This document shows positions 1-10,375 of a stretch of 64,000 nt of DNA, one piece after another. The position numbers were made by a program, and so were the translations under genes. The notes under the pieces were generated by a model that worked only from the letters and a program-made list of their open reading frames with translations, made no database searches and was not told the origin of the DNA. Within the stretch, counting starts at the first letter, position 1. Every line of letters begins with the position of its first letter. Origin of the DNA: Thermoanaerobaculia bacterium (GTDB lineage Bacteria > Acidobacteriota > Thermoanaerobaculia > Multivoradales > JAGPDF01); the NCBI GenBank assembly GCA_963712855.1, contig CAVQJN010000002.1, positions 1,881,282 through 1,945,281 of the forward strand, given 5' to 3'.

Positions 1-1
1 C

Positions 2-399
<398 letters not shown>

Positions 400-400
<1 letters not shown>

Positions 401-2025
401 TGCCCACCGTCACCATCGACGACCGGACCATCGACGTACCGGCCGGTACGAACCTGGTCGACGCCGCACTCAAGGTTGGCGTTCAGATACCTCACTATTG
501 CTATCACCCCCGCCTTTCGGTCGTCGGCCAGTGCCGCATGTGCATGGTCGAGGTCCAGGGGATGCCCAAGCTCCAGGCCGCATGCTCGACCCAGGTCGTG
601 AAAGACGGCATGGTCGTGCGGACGAGCTCGCCCGCCGCCAGCGAGGCGCAGCGCGCGATCATGGAGTTTCTGCTCATCAACCATCCTCTCGACTGTCCGA
701 TCTGCGATCAGGCTGGCGAGTGTGGCCTGCAGGACTACTCCTTCAAACATGGTCAGTCCTTCTCTCGCTTTCATTTCGAGGAGAAGCGCACCTACCCGGA
801 GAAGGAACGCATCCCCCTCGGTCCGACCGTGATCCTGAACATGAATCGCTGCATTCAGTGCACCCGATGCGTCCGGTTCACACAGGAAATCTCCGAGACC
901 GGAGAGATCGGTTTCTTCAATCGAGGCGCCCATGCCGAGGTCGGAGTTGTCGAGGGTAAACCTCTCGACAATCCGCTCTCCACCTGCGTCGTGGACATCT
1001 GTCCGGTCGGCGCCCTGACCTCGACACGGTTCCGCTTCGCCGAGCGTGTCTGGTACCTCGACAAGAAGCCTTCACTCTGCACGGGTTGCGACGCGGGTTG
1101 CAACATTACGCTCGAGCACCGGCGCAGCTCCATCAAGCGTTACAAACCGCGTTTCAACCCCGAGGTCAACGACTACTGGATGTGCGACCATGGGCGCGCC
1201 AGCCACGAGCGCTACCGCGACGAGAAGCGAATTCTCTCGCCACAAGTGCGACGGAATGGCGAACTGACTCCGGCGAGCTGGCGCGACGCGGTCCAGGCCG
1301 TGTTCCAAGCCATTCGAACGAAGCGGTCGGAGGGCACCATTGCGTTTCTCGGCTCGGGCTTCCTCTCGACGGAAGAGGCCTTCCTGGTCGCCCGTCTCGC
1401 GAGTCTCGTCGAATCGCCTCATCGAACCGTTTGGGTAGACAGCGGCGAAGCCCGGCGAATCCCCAATCTCCATGGTGGCTTGGTCGGCCATGACGCGGCG
1501 CCAAATCGCCGCGGGGCGGAAATGGCGGGACTCGTTCCCGGACCCGGCGGCATCGACGCCGAGAAGCTCCTCGTCGAGGACGGGGCTGCGGGCTGCGACG
1601 TCCTCTTCGTCGCCGACTCCAGCTTCGGCAAGGCGGCCGAAGACCGAACGGTCGTCGAGCGCCTGCGTCGCGCGGAATTCCTCGTCGTCATGGGATGGGC
1701 GGATACCGAGCTCGCCCGCGCCGCCGATGTCGTGCTCCCGGCCGCGACCCACGCCGAACGGGATGGCACCTTCGTCAATGTCGAAAGGCGTCTGCAGCGC
1801 TTCGAGCGCGCCTTCCCGGCGCCTTCCCAGGCCCGCCCGGGTCTCGAAATTCTGGCCGATCTCTTGGCGAAGTTCGAGCCTCAATGGGCCTCGGTCTCCG
1901 CGCCGACGGTCTTCGACCTCATGGCCGAGGAAGTGGAGGCGTTCGACGGCCTGCGGTGGTCTGACATCTCGCCGCGCGGAATCGAGCTCGCCAAGTCGGC
2001 AATCGGGGCGGGAGCGGCCCGGTGA
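400..2025 (+). CDS. nuoG: NADH-quinone oxidoreductase subunit G (2Fe-2S/4Fe-4S N-terminal domain plus molybdopterin-like domain); short form of 541 aa
   Basis: MPTVTIDDRTIDVPAGTNLVDAA...HYCYHPRLSVVGQCRMCMVEV, then CPICDQAGEC and CIQCTRCVRF Cys clusters. It sits between nuoF and nuoH. Confidence 0.9.
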
Positions 2026-3047
2026 GCGCTGAGAGCATCGGCGCGCTGGCCAAGATCGGCCTCTGGGTTTTCACCCTTCTCCAAGTCGCTCCGGCCATGC
2101 TCTGGCTGGAACGGCGAATCCCAGCATTCATGCAGGATCGCCTCGGCCCCAATCGGGTCGGTCCGCTTGGCGTCCTCCAGGGCATAGCGGACGCCGTCAA
2201 GTTCATCGTCAAGGAAGACATCAATCCCTCCGGGGTCGACCTGCCGTTCTATCTCCTCGCACCGGTGCTCGCTCTTGTCCCGGCTCTGACGACCTTCCTC
2301 GTGCTGCCGTTCGGCCCCGACGTCATCATCGCGGGGCATTCGGTCAAGCTGGTCGTCATCGACTCGGACGCCGGGATTCTCCTCTTCCTGGCGCTAGCCA
2401 GCCTGGGCGTCTACTCGCTCGTCCTCGCGGGCTGGAGCTCGAACAACAAATGGTCCTTGATCGGCTCCATCCGCGCCACGGCGCAGATGATCAGCTACGA
2501 GCTCGCGTTGACGACCGCCGTCGTCTGTGCCCTCTTGCCCGCCAGCTCGATGAACCTCGGGGCCGTCGTCGACTATCAACGCGCGCATCTCTGGCAGTTC
2601 CTGACCCAGCCGCTCGGCTGCCTGGTCTTCTTGATCGCGGCCTTCGCCGAGACCAACCGTCTTCCTTTCGACCTCCCGGAGGCCGAGTCCGAGCTGGTGG
2701 CCGGCTATCACACCGAATACGGCTCGATACGATTCGCCATGTTCTTCATGGGCGAGTACATGTCCATGACCACCCTTTCGGCGCTCGGCATGACGCTCTA
2801 TTTCGGCGGCTGGTCGTTGCCCGGATTGGATTTCGCGGGATACGCCGGCTGGATCCAGGCGCTGCTCGGATTCGCGATCCTCATGCTGAAGGTCGCCGTC
2901 ATGCTGTTCGTCTTCATCTGGGTGCGATGGACGTTCCCACGGTTTCGCTATGACCAACTCATGAGGCTCGGCTGGAAGGTGCTGCTTCCCCTGGCGCTGA
3001 TCCAGTTCATCGTCACCGCCGCGCTCACCGTGGGAGGAGTCCTCTGA
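2022..3047 (+). CDS. nuoH: NADH-quinone oxidoreductase subunit H (membrane, ND1 family)
   Basis: MQDRLGPNRVGPLGVLQGIADAVKF...EYGS..FAMFFMGEYM motifs typical of NuoH. Its start overlaps the nuoG stop. Confidence 0.9.
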   Translation: MSAESIGALAKIGLWVFTLLQVAPAMLWLERRIPAFMQDRLGPNRVGPLGVLQGIADAVKFIVKEDINPSGVDLPFYLLAPVLALVPALTTFLVLPFGPDVIIAGHSVKLVVIDSDAGILLFLALASLGVYSLVLAGWSSNNKWSLIGSIRATAQMISYELALTTAVVCALLPASSMNLGAVVDYQRAHLWQFLTQPLGCLVFLIAAFAETNRLPFDLPEAESELVAGYHTEYGSIRFAMFFMGEYMSMTTLSALGMTLYFGGWSLPGLDFAGYAGWIQALLGFAILMLKVAVMLFVFIWVRWTFPRFRYDQLMRLGWKVLLPLALIQFIVTAALTVGGVL

Positions 3048-3565
3048 TGGAGGTCTTCGTCTTCGCGGTCTTCGCCTTCGCGGCAGTGGCCTCCGCCGTC
3101 GTGGTCGTCGGGCATCGCAATCCCGTCTATTCGACGGTGAGCCTCGTGGTGACGCTCCTTTCGACGGCGGTACTGTTCGCCTTGCTCGGCTCTCCCTTCC
3201 TGGCGGCTCTCCAGGTGCTGCTCTATACCGGAGCGATCCTGGTGCTCTTCCTCTTCGTCATCATGCTGCTCAACATCGGTCGGGAACGACCGCATCCCGG
3301 CGGCATTCCAGTCCAGGTCTGGCTCGCCGGGGTGGGCGCCCTGGTGCTCTTCGGCGCCATGGCCCGTCTCTTCTGGGACGCGCACTCGGGCGACAAGGTG
3401 CCGACCTTCGATCCCGCCTTCGTGGCGACCCGCTCGCTGGCCGAGCTTCTCTTCTCGACCTACCTGCTGCCCTTCGAAATCATCGCCTTGCTACTGCTGG
3501 TGGCCATCGTCGCGGCGAGTTGGGTGGCGCGCCGGCCCGACTCATCCGAGGAGGAATCGCGGTGA
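3047..3565 (+). CDS. nuoJ: NADH-quinone oxidoreductase subunit J
   Basis: 172-aa polytopic membrane protein with an ND6/NuoJ-like N-terminal region. The ATG overlaps the nuoH TGA (TGATG), so there is no room for nuoI. Confidence 0.8.
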   Translation: MEVFVFAVFAFAAVASAVVVVGHRNPVYSTVSLVVTLLSTAVLFALLGSPFLAALQVLLYTGAILVLFLFVIMLLNIGRERPHPGGIPVQVWLAGVGALVLFGAMARLFWDAHSGDKVPTFDPAFVATRSLAELLFSTYLLPFEIIALLLLVAIVAASWVARRPDSSEEESR

Positions 3566-3867
3566 CGGTTCCGACCACTTGGTATCTAGTACTGGCCGGC
3601 GCGCTGCTCTGCATTGGCATTTTCGGCGCCCTGACCCGTCGCAACGGCATCGCCATCTTCCTCTCCATCGAGCTCATGCTGAATTCCGCCAACCTGGCTC
3701 TCGCGGCCTATGCGCGGGCGCTCGGAGATCACACGGGTCAGATGGTCGTGTTCTTCGCCCTCGCGGTGGCGGCAGCCGAAGCAGCGGTCGGTCTGGCCCT
3801 CTTCGTCGCCGTCTTCCGGTCCCGTCGCACCATCGACATGAACCGCATCAACCTCTTGCGCTGGTAA
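3562..3867 (+). CDS. nuoK: NADH-quinone oxidoreductase subunit K
   Basis: GTG start overlapping the nuoJ stop. About 100 aa, three transmembrane helices, conserved NuoK/ND4L motif LSIELMLNSANLALAA. Confidence 0.85.
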   Translation: MTVPTTWYLVLAGALLCIGIFGALTRRNGIAIFLSIELMLNSANLALAAYARALGDHTGQMVVFFALAVAAAEAAVGLALFVAVFRSRRTIDMNRINLLRW

Positions 3868-3871
3868 TGCG

Positions 3872-5845
3872 ATGAACGCGCTCGCGCTGCTCTGGTTGAT
3901 TCCCGTGCTCCCGCTTGCCGGCGCCGCCATCAACGGGCTTCTCCTCAAGAACTCCCAGAAGAGCCTGGTCACCACCGTCGCCCTCGGCTTTCCCGGATTG
4001 TCCCTGTTGGTCGGCCTCGCCGCCACCCTCCAATGGTCGACATCGGTCCGGCCGGCCGCCTTCGTGCAGTCCCTCTACGAATGGTCGACGGGGCCGTTTT
4101 CGGTCGACATCGGCTTCCGGTTGGACGGCCTATCGGCGGTCATGCTCTTCGTGGTGACCTTCGTCGGCTTCTGGATTCACCTCTATTCGGTCGGCTACAT
4201 GGGACACGAGGAGGGCTACCGGCGGTACTTCGCTTACCTGAACCTCTTCATGGGAGCGATGCTCCTTCTGGTGCTGGGCAGCAACTATGTCGTTCTCTTC
4301 GTCGGATGGGAGGGCGTCGGCCTCTGCTCATACCTGCTGATCGGTTACTACTTCGAGGAGCCGTTCCCTCCTTACGCCGGCAAGAAAGCGTTCATCGTCA
4401 ATCGAATCGGCGACTTCGGGTTCCTCCTCGGCCTGTTCGCCATCTGGTCGACCTGGGGAACGTTCGATTTCACTCGGCTCAGCGAGCGTATCCTCGCGCG
4501 GCCCGAAGTCGCACACGCGCCCTACGCGCTGGGTCTCTCGACTGCCGCGTTCATCGCGCTTTTCCTTTTCGTCGGCGCGACGGGTAAGAGCGCCCAGATC
4601 CCACTCTTCGTCTGGCTGCCCGACGCCATGGCTGGACCGACCCCCGTCTCGGCGCTCATCCACGCCGCCACGATGGTGACGGCCGGTGTCTACATGGTGG
4701 TACGAACCAACCTGATCTACGAGCTCGCTCCAGAGATCTCCACCGTCGTCGCCGTGATCGGCGCGGCAACCGCCATCTTCGCCGCGACGATCGGAATCGC
4801 CCAGAACGACATCAAGAAGGTCCTCGCCTACTCCACCGTCTCCCAGCTCGGCTACATGTTCTTGGCTGCGGGCGTCGGCGCCTACAAAGCGGCAATTTTC
4901 CACCTCGGAACGCACGCCTTCTTCAAGGCCTGTCTCTTCCTCGGCTCTGGGTCCGTGATCCACGCCATGGGCGGCGAGCAGGACATGCGAAAGATGGGCG
5001 GGCTCGCCAAGTGGATGCCCTCCACGTACCGAACCTTCCTGATCGCCACACTCGCCATTTCGGGTATTCCGCCGCTCGCCGGATTCTTCTCGAAGGACGA
5101 GATACTCGGCAGCTCCTTCGCTCATCCGGGCGAGCTCTACAAATTGCTCTGGCTGGTCGGCTGGATCACCGCCGGTCTGACCGCTTGTTACATGTTCCGG
5201 GCGGTCTACATGACCTTCCACGGGAGGTTCCGCGGTACCCAGGAGCAGGAGCACCACCTGCACGAATCCCCGGCCGTCATGACGATTCCCCTCTGGGTGC
5301 TCGCGGTGGGAGCGGCCCTCGCCGGATTCATCGGTATCCCGAAGGGAACCTGGGAGCTCTTCGGAGCGGGCGATCACGACGTTCTCGGACATCTCATCGC
5401 GTCGGTTGTCGCATCCGTTCCGGCCCACGAAGGCAGCGGGCACGAGATGGCTCATGGCACGGAGCTCGCGCTCATGTTGGCGTCGATCGCCATTGCGGTG
5501 GGAGGCATCTGGCTCGCGACCCGCCTGTGGGGCCGCGGCCGTGGCTTGGCGGCCGACCAGGCATTCGCCGCGCGCGCCCCGCGGCTCCAGAAGCTCCTCG
5601 AGGAGAAGTATCGGGTCGACGAGCTCTATGACTCGATCATCGTTCGACCTATCGCTCGCCTGGCTCGCGTCTGCTGGAAGGTCGTCGACGAGCTGATCAT
5701 CGACGGGGGACTCAACGTGGTCGCCTTCCTGACCGAAATCACCGGTGACCTGGGCCGCTTCACCACGACCGGCAATGTACGAAGCTACGCCATGTACTTC
5801 TTCTTCGGAGCACTGATTCTCTTCTGGTGGATGGTGCTCGGATGA
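3872..5845 (+). CDS. nuoL: NADH-quinone oxidoreductase subunit L (antiporter-like)
   Basis: 657 aa, with the WLPDAMAGPTPVSALIHAATMVTAGVY motif of Mrp-antiporter-like complex I subunits. Confidence 0.9.
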   Translation: MNALALLWLIPVLPLAGAAINGLLLKNSQKSLVTTVALGFPGLSLLVGLAATLQWSTSVRPAAFVQSLYEWSTGPFSVDIGFRLDGLSAVMLFVVTFVGFWIHLYSVGYMGHEEGYRRYFAYLNLFMGAMLLLVLGSNYVVLFVGWEGVGLCSYLLIGYYFEEPFPPYAGKKAFIVNRIGDFGFLLGLFAIWSTWGTFDFTRLSERILARPEVAHAPYALGLSTAAFIALFLFVGATGKSAQIPLFVWLPDAMAGPTPVSALIHAATMVTAGVYMVVRTNLIYELAPEISTVVAVIGAATAIFAATIGIAQNDIKKVLAYSTVSQLGYMFLAAGVGAYKAAIFHLGTHAFFKACLFLGSGSVIHAMGGEQDMRKMGGLAKWMPSTYRTFLIATLAISGIPPLAGFFSKDEILGSSFAHPGELYKLLWLVGWITAGLTACYMFRAVYMTFHGRFRGTQEQEHHLHESPAVMTIPLWVLAVGAALAGFIGIPKGTWELFGAGDHDVLGHLIASVVASVPAHEGSGHEMAHGTELALMLASIAIAVGGIWLATRLWGRGRGLAADQAFAARAPRLQKLLEEKYRVDELYDSIIVRPIARLARVCWKVVDELIIDGGLNVVAFLTEITGDLGRFTTTGNVRSYAMYFFFGALILFWWMVLG

Positions 5846-7467
5846 GTGGAGGATTCACGGATCTGCTCGTCGGCGACACCATCACTCGCCTGGTCTTCTT
5901 CCCGACCGCGGCCGCGCTGCCGCTTCTCCTGTTCCGGCGAGCGTCGGAGCGCGCCGTCAAGATCTACGCGCTGGTGGTGTCACTGATCGAATGCGGCCTG
6001 GTCGGCGCCTTCACCTGGCACCACTGGGATGCCGCCGGGATGCTGGTGCGCGACGCCCGGCTTCCCTGGATCTCTATGCCGCATCTCTCGATCTTCTACG
6101 AGGTCGGCGTCGACGGCATCTCCCTGCCTCTCGTCGTCCTGACCGCACTGCTCCTTCCCATCGTGATCCTCGGGTCTTGGCGCGGCGTCCACGAGCATTG
6201 GTCCGGATTCGCGGCTTCGCTGCTGGTTCTGACCACCGGCATCCTCGGTGCCTTGGTCGCCCTCGACCTCTTCCTCTTCTATATCTTCTGGGAAGTCATG
6301 CTCATTCCGATGTATTTCGTCATCGGAATCTGGGGCGGCGACCGGCGCGTCCGCGCGGCCATCAAGTTCTTTCTCTTCACGATGGCGGGAAGCCTCGTGA
6401 TGCTCCTCGGCATCCTCTGGATGGCTTGGTCCTACTCGAAGCTGACCGGGTTGTGGAGCTTCCGTTACGCGGACCTCATGCAGCTCGATCTGCCGTTGTC
6501 CCAGCAGATCTGGCTCTTCGCCGCGTTCGCGATCGCGTTCGCGATCAAGGTGCCCATGTTCCCGTTCCACACCTGGCTCCCCGATGCCCACGTGGAGGCG
6601 CCGACTGGCGGTTCGGTGATCCTCGCCGGCATCTTGCTCAAGCTGGGGACCTACGGCTTCCTCCGCTTCGCCCTGCCGTTCTTCCCCCATGCTTCGCGTC
6701 GGCTGGCTCCTTGGCTTCTCACCCTGGCCGTCATCGGCGTGCTTTACGGCGCGCTCGTGGCCTGGGTACAGCCGGACATGAAGAAGCTCGTGGCGTATTC
6801 GTCCATCGCTCACCTCGGTTTCGTAATGCTCGGCATCCTGGCCTGCGACATCGTCGCATGGCAGGGCGCGCTCCTCCAGATGGTCAACCACGGCATCTCG
6901 ACGGGCGCTCTCTTCCTTCTGGTCGGCATGCTCTACGACCGCCGCCACACCAAGAGGTTCGACGAGTTCGGAGGCCTCGCGAAGGTCATGCCTTGGTTCG
7001 CGTTCTTCCTGGTCTTCTCGACCCTCGCATCGGTCGGCCTGCCCGCTCTCAACGGCTTCGTCGGCGAGTTCCTCATCCTGCTCGGCACCTGGAACGCCGG
7101 CCTGCGCCTCGCGGCGGCCCTCTCGGCCTTCGGTGTCGTCCTGGCGGCCGTATACCTCTTCCGGATGCTCCAGGAAACCCTTTGGGGACCGATCACCAAG
7201 GACGAGAACAGGAGCCTCAAGGACCTCAACCTCCGGGAGGTCCTGGCCCTCTTGCCACTCTGCATCCTCATGCTCTGGATCGGCATCGCGCCCAAGGTGT
7301 TTCTCGAGCCGAGCCGACCCGCGCTCGAAGCCGTGCTGACTACCTACCAGGCGCGTCTGGCCGTTCCGGCCCCGCAGCGGGCCGAGCTCGCTACCGCTTC
7401 GTTCGATCCCCAAGCTCGCGCCTTCGCCGCCGGACTCGTCTCCAATCCCACCGAGCCCCAACCATGA
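5842..7467 (+). CDS. nuoM: NADH-quinone oxidoreductase subunit M
   Basis: ATG overlapping the nuoL stop (ATGA). The track ORF begins at an upstream GTG (5827). Motifs include HTWLPDAHVEAPTGGSVILAGILLKLGTYGF. Confidence 0.85.
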   Translation: MSGGFTDLLVGDTITRLVFFPTAAALPLLLFRRASERAVKIYALVVSLIECGLVGAFTWHHWDAAGMLVRDARLPWISMPHLSIFYEVGVDGISLPLVVLTALLLPIVILGSWRGVHEHWSGFAASLLVLTTGILGALVALDLFLFYIFWEVMLIPMYFVIGIWGGDRRVRAAIKFFLFTMAGSLVMLLGILWMAWSYSKLTGLWSFRYADLMQLDLPLSQQIWLFAAFAIAFAIKVPMFPFHTWLPDAHVEAPTGGSVILAGILLKLGTYGFLRFALPFFPHASRRLAPWLLTLAVIGVLYGALVAWVQPDMKKLVAYSSIAHLGFVMLGILACDIVAWQGALLQMVNHGISTGALFLLVGMLYDRRHTKRFDEFGGLAKVMPWFAFFLVFSTLASVGLPALNGFVGEFLILLGTWNAGLRLAAALSAFGVVLAAVYLFRMLQETLWGPITKDENRSLKDLNLREVLALLPLCILMLWIGIAPKVFLEPSRPALEAVLTTYQARLAVPAPQRAELATASFDPQARAFAAGLVSNPTEPQP

Positions 7468-8912
7468 GCAACGCTTTTCAACTCTCTTCGAACGATCTCG
7501 CGGCGTTGTCTCCGGAGATCGTGCTGGCGGCGGGAGGCACTCTCTTGCTCCTTCTCGAGGCGTTCGCGCCCCGGCTGCGCGCCGCTTTCTGCACCCTCGG
7601 AGTCTTGATCGTCGTCTGGGCCGGCTGGCTCGTGGCGGGCCTCGGGACCGGACCCGCATTCCATGGATTGGTCGAGGCGACTCCTCTGACCATCGCCTTT
7701 TCCGAGACCATCCTCCTCGCGGCCGCGCTCTCGCTTCTGGCTTCGAATGCATACCTCAAGCGAGAACGGCTGCAGGCCGGTGAGTATCCGGCCCTGCTCC
7801 TCTGGTGCACCTGCGGTCTGCTTCTCCTCGTCCGAAGCGTCGAGCTCCTGTCCATCTTCCTCGCCCTCGAGCTGCTCTCAGTAGCTCTCTACGGACTCGC
7901 AGGCTTCCATCGCCGGATGGCGGCCTCGGCCGAAGCCGCCATCAAGTACTTCTTGATGGGAGCGTTCGTCAGTGGATTCGTGCTCTTTGGCATCGCGCTC
8001 GTTTACGGCGAGAGCGGCACGACTCGGCTCGACGGCATCGCGAACGCCATGGCTTCGGGCAAGGGCTCACCAGGCCTCCTGGTCCTGGGCATGCTGCTCC
8101 TCATGTTCGGATTCGCCTTCAAGCTCGGTCTCGTTCCCTTCCATGCCTGGACTCCGGACGTGTACCAAGGAGCTCCGACCCCGTTCGTCGCATTCCTCTC
8201 CGTAGCGCCGAAGGTCGCGAGCGCTGTCGTCCTGGTGCGCCTCCTGGCCGTCGCTGTCGATGGACCGCTCGCCGGACGTTGGCCCGAGCTCATGGCCTTC
8301 TTCGCCGTCGCGTCCATGCTGGTCGGCAACCTCTTCGCGCTCGTCCAGCGGGACTTCAAGCGCATGCTCGCGTATTCGGGCATCGCGCACATGGGCTACC
8401 TCTTGATTCCCCTCGCATCACCCGGCCCCGAGGCCTGGCGGCCCGTCCTCGTCTATCTGGTCGCCTACGTGCTCATGAACGCGGGCGCGTTCACCATCGC
8501 GTCCATCCTGTTCACCCGCGGCGGGGCACAGAGCTCCATCGCGTCGCTTTCGGGATGGGGCTACCGCTTCCCTGCGCTCGGGTTCTGTCTCACCGTCTTC
8601 ATGGTGTCCCTCGCCGGCATCCCGCCGACCGCAGGGTTCCTAGGCAAGTACCTCGTCTTCCTGCACGCCATTCAGCACGGGCGACTGGGGCTTGCCCTGG
8701 TCGGCATCGCGGCCAGCCTCGTGGGAGTCGGCTACTACCTGCGCGTGGTCTACATGCTCTACATGAAGTCGGAGATCTCGGCGCCCGAAGGCGTCCGGCT
8801 CGATTTCGCAGCGGCCCTGGCGGTCGGGATCGCCACCCTGGCGACCCTCGGCATCGGCCTCGCTCCGGCCCGCTTCCTCGACTGGGTGGTCAGTTCTCTC
8901 CCCATGGGCTGA
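7464..8912 (+). CDS. nuoN: NADH-quinone oxidoreductase subunit N
   Basis: ATG overlaps the nuoM stop. The product begins MSNAFQLSSNDLAALSPEIV and carries the FHAWTPDVYQGAPTP motif. This is the coding part of the 973-aa track ORF. Confidence 0.9.
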   Translation: MSNAFQLSSNDLAALSPEIVLAAGGTLLLLLEAFAPRLRAAFCTLGVLIVVWAGWLVAGLGTGPAFHGLVEATPLTIAFSETILLAAALSLLASNAYLKRERLQAGEYPALLLWCTCGLLLLVRSVELLSIFLALELLSVALYGLAGFHRRMAASAEAAIKYFLMGAFVSGFVLFGIALVYGESGTTRLDGIANAMASGKGSPGLLVLGMLLLMFGFAFKLGLVPFHAWTPDVYQGAPTPFVAFLSVAPKVASAVVLVRLLAVAVDGPLAGRWPELMAFFAVASMLVGNLFALVQRDFKRMLAYSGIAHMGYLLIPLASPGPEAWRPVLVYLVAYVLMNAGAFTIASILFTRGGAQSSIASLSGWGYRFPALGFCLTVFMVSLAGIPPTAGFLGKYLVFLHAIQHGRLGLALVGIAASLVGVGYYLRVVYMLYMKSEISAPEGVRLDFAAALAVGIATLATLGIGLAPARFLDWVVSSLPMG

Positions 8913-9008
8913 GGCCTACCCTCCTCGGAGTTCCGGCTGCGCCCCTCCCCGAAGTCCAGCACCCCGTCCCAGTCCCGCAAGGGCTCGCGCCCGAACGCGA
9001 AGGGGCGA

Positions 9009-9674
9009 ATGCCCGCGTCGCTCATCGACCGCGCGCAGATTTCTCCGCTGACTGTCAATCGGCTCTCCGTCTACCTGCGCTCGCTTCGTCATCTTCAGGC
9101 CCGGAACGTTTTGCGGGTCTCGTCGCAGCGGCTGGCCGAGGAATTCCACCTCTCCTCCACCCAGATCCGCAAGGACCTCGCCCAATTCGGAGAGTTCGGG
9201 GTGCGGGGTGTCGGTTACGACGTGGAGGCTCTGATCGAGCGACTCTCGAAGCTCCTGAATCTGGACGTTCCCCATTCCGTCGTCATCCTCGGCATGGGGA
9301 ATATCGGAACGGCGCTCGCCCGCTTTCCGTCCTTCAACTCCGAGAGCTTTCAGGTGGTCGCGGGCTTCGACTCCGACCCCGACAAAGTCGGCAGGACGGT
9401 GGGCCAGCTGACGATATTGCCTCTCCAACGCTTGCCGGGCTTGGTCGCGAAGCGAAACGTCACGATGGCCGTCCTCGCGGTGCCCGCGGCCGCGGCCGTC
9501 GAGGCTTTCGCCCTTCTGGTGGAGTCCGGAATCTCCGCGATTCTGAATTTTGCGCCGGCATCCCTGCCTCCGCATCCCGGGTGCCGCGTCAAGAACGTCG
9601 ACCTTCGAATCCCCCTCGAAGAGCTCGCCTTCTTCCAGGATTTCGAGTCGCCGCCCCCGCCAGACCACCGCTGA
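9009..9674 (+). CDS. rex: Redox-sensing transcriptional repressor Rex (NADH/NAD+ sensor)
   Basis: Winged-helix N-terminus (RLSVYLRSL...VSSQRLAEEFHLSSTQIRKDLAQFGEFGVRGVGYDVEAL) followed by a Rossmann fold (VVILGMGNIGTALA). It aligns along its length with Bacillus Rex. Confidence 0.85.
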   Translation: MPASLIDRAQISPLTVNRLSVYLRSLRHLQARNVLRVSSQRLAEEFHLSSTQIRKDLAQFGEFGVRGVGYDVEALIERLSKLLNLDVPHSVVILGMGNIGTALARFPSFNSESFQVVAGFDSDPDKVGRTVGQLTILPLQRLPGLVAKRNVTMAVLAVPAAAAVEAFALLVESGISAILNFAPASLPPHPGCRVKNVDLRIPLEELAFFQDFESPPPPDHR

Positions 9675-9796
9675 CCCAGCGGCTCGCATAGGAGCCACTG
9701 AAGATGCGAGGGCCTGGGCGATGTGCTCCCAGGTGCGATCGCCGCCCGAGCGACCTGGCGACGAGAGGCTGAAACAGGAAAGCGCTGGACCTGACT

Positions 9797-10375
9797 CTAG
9801 CTCCGAGAAGGCGAGGCTTCCGGTCCGACTCGAGTCAGGATGTCAAGCTCGCTATCGCCATACCGGCGGCTCGAATCGGGACGCCACCAGGGATTCGAGG
9901 GTAGCCCGGGCCCGCCCGACCTTCGCTCGATTACGAGGCAGGCATCCGGAGTCGCGACTCCAGCCAGATCTTCGAGATCCTCGACCGACACCGCCTGAGA
10001 ATAGGGCGGATCCACGAAGATGAGATCGAAGATTTCGCTTTCCGCGCGAAAGCGCTTCAGCGCCTGGGTCGCGCCGCAAGGAGCCACGGAATACCGATCG
10101 CGCGGCGCGAGTGTCGCGAGATTCTTCTCGAGCGACTGGAGCGACGTCCGGGCCCGTTCGACGAATGCCGCCGACTTCGCTCCCCGACTCAGAGCCTCCA
10201 GGCCGACCGCCCCACTTCCGGCATAGAGGTCGAGGAAGCGGGCATCTCTCACGCGCTCGCCCAAAATCGAGAAGAGCGCTTCCCGCAAGCGGCCGCTCGT
10301 CGGCCGAACGCCTGGAGGTACCTCCACTCGCCTACCGGTCCAGACCCCACCCGTCAGACGCGATCCAGCCTTCAC
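9797..10375 (-). CDS. rsmD: 16S rRNA (guanine966-N2)-methyltransferase RsmD
   Basis: LDLYAGSGAVGLEALSRGA SAM-binding motif and the FVDPPY motif. Confidence 0.8.
   Translation of the reverse strand: MKAGSRLTGGVWTGRRVEVPPGVRPTSGRLREALFSILGERVRDARFLDLYAGSGAVGLEALSRGAKSAAFVERARTSLQSLEKNLATLAPRDRYSVAPCGATQALKRFRAESEIFDLIFVDPPYSQAVSVEDLEDLAGVATPDACLVIERRSGGPGLPSNPWWRPDSSRRYGDSELDILTRVGPEASPSRS

Noticed and set aside
5991-7463. 5' two-thirds of the 973-aa plus-strand ORF (5991-8912)
   Set aside because: This part is an out-of-frame read-through across nuoM giving Arg/Pro-rich junk. Only the last 482 codons (7464-8912) are coding, and they are nuoN.
8913-9008. Rex operator (TTGTGAA-N4-TTCACAA) between nuoN and rex, or anywhere in the window
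   Set aside because: No match to the consensus half-sites was found by eye, so no regulatory feature was called.
9675-9796. Short hairpin CCGCTG-acc-CAGCGG just after the rex stop, as a possible terminator
   Set aside because: It has only a 6-bp stem and no following U-run, which is too weak to call.
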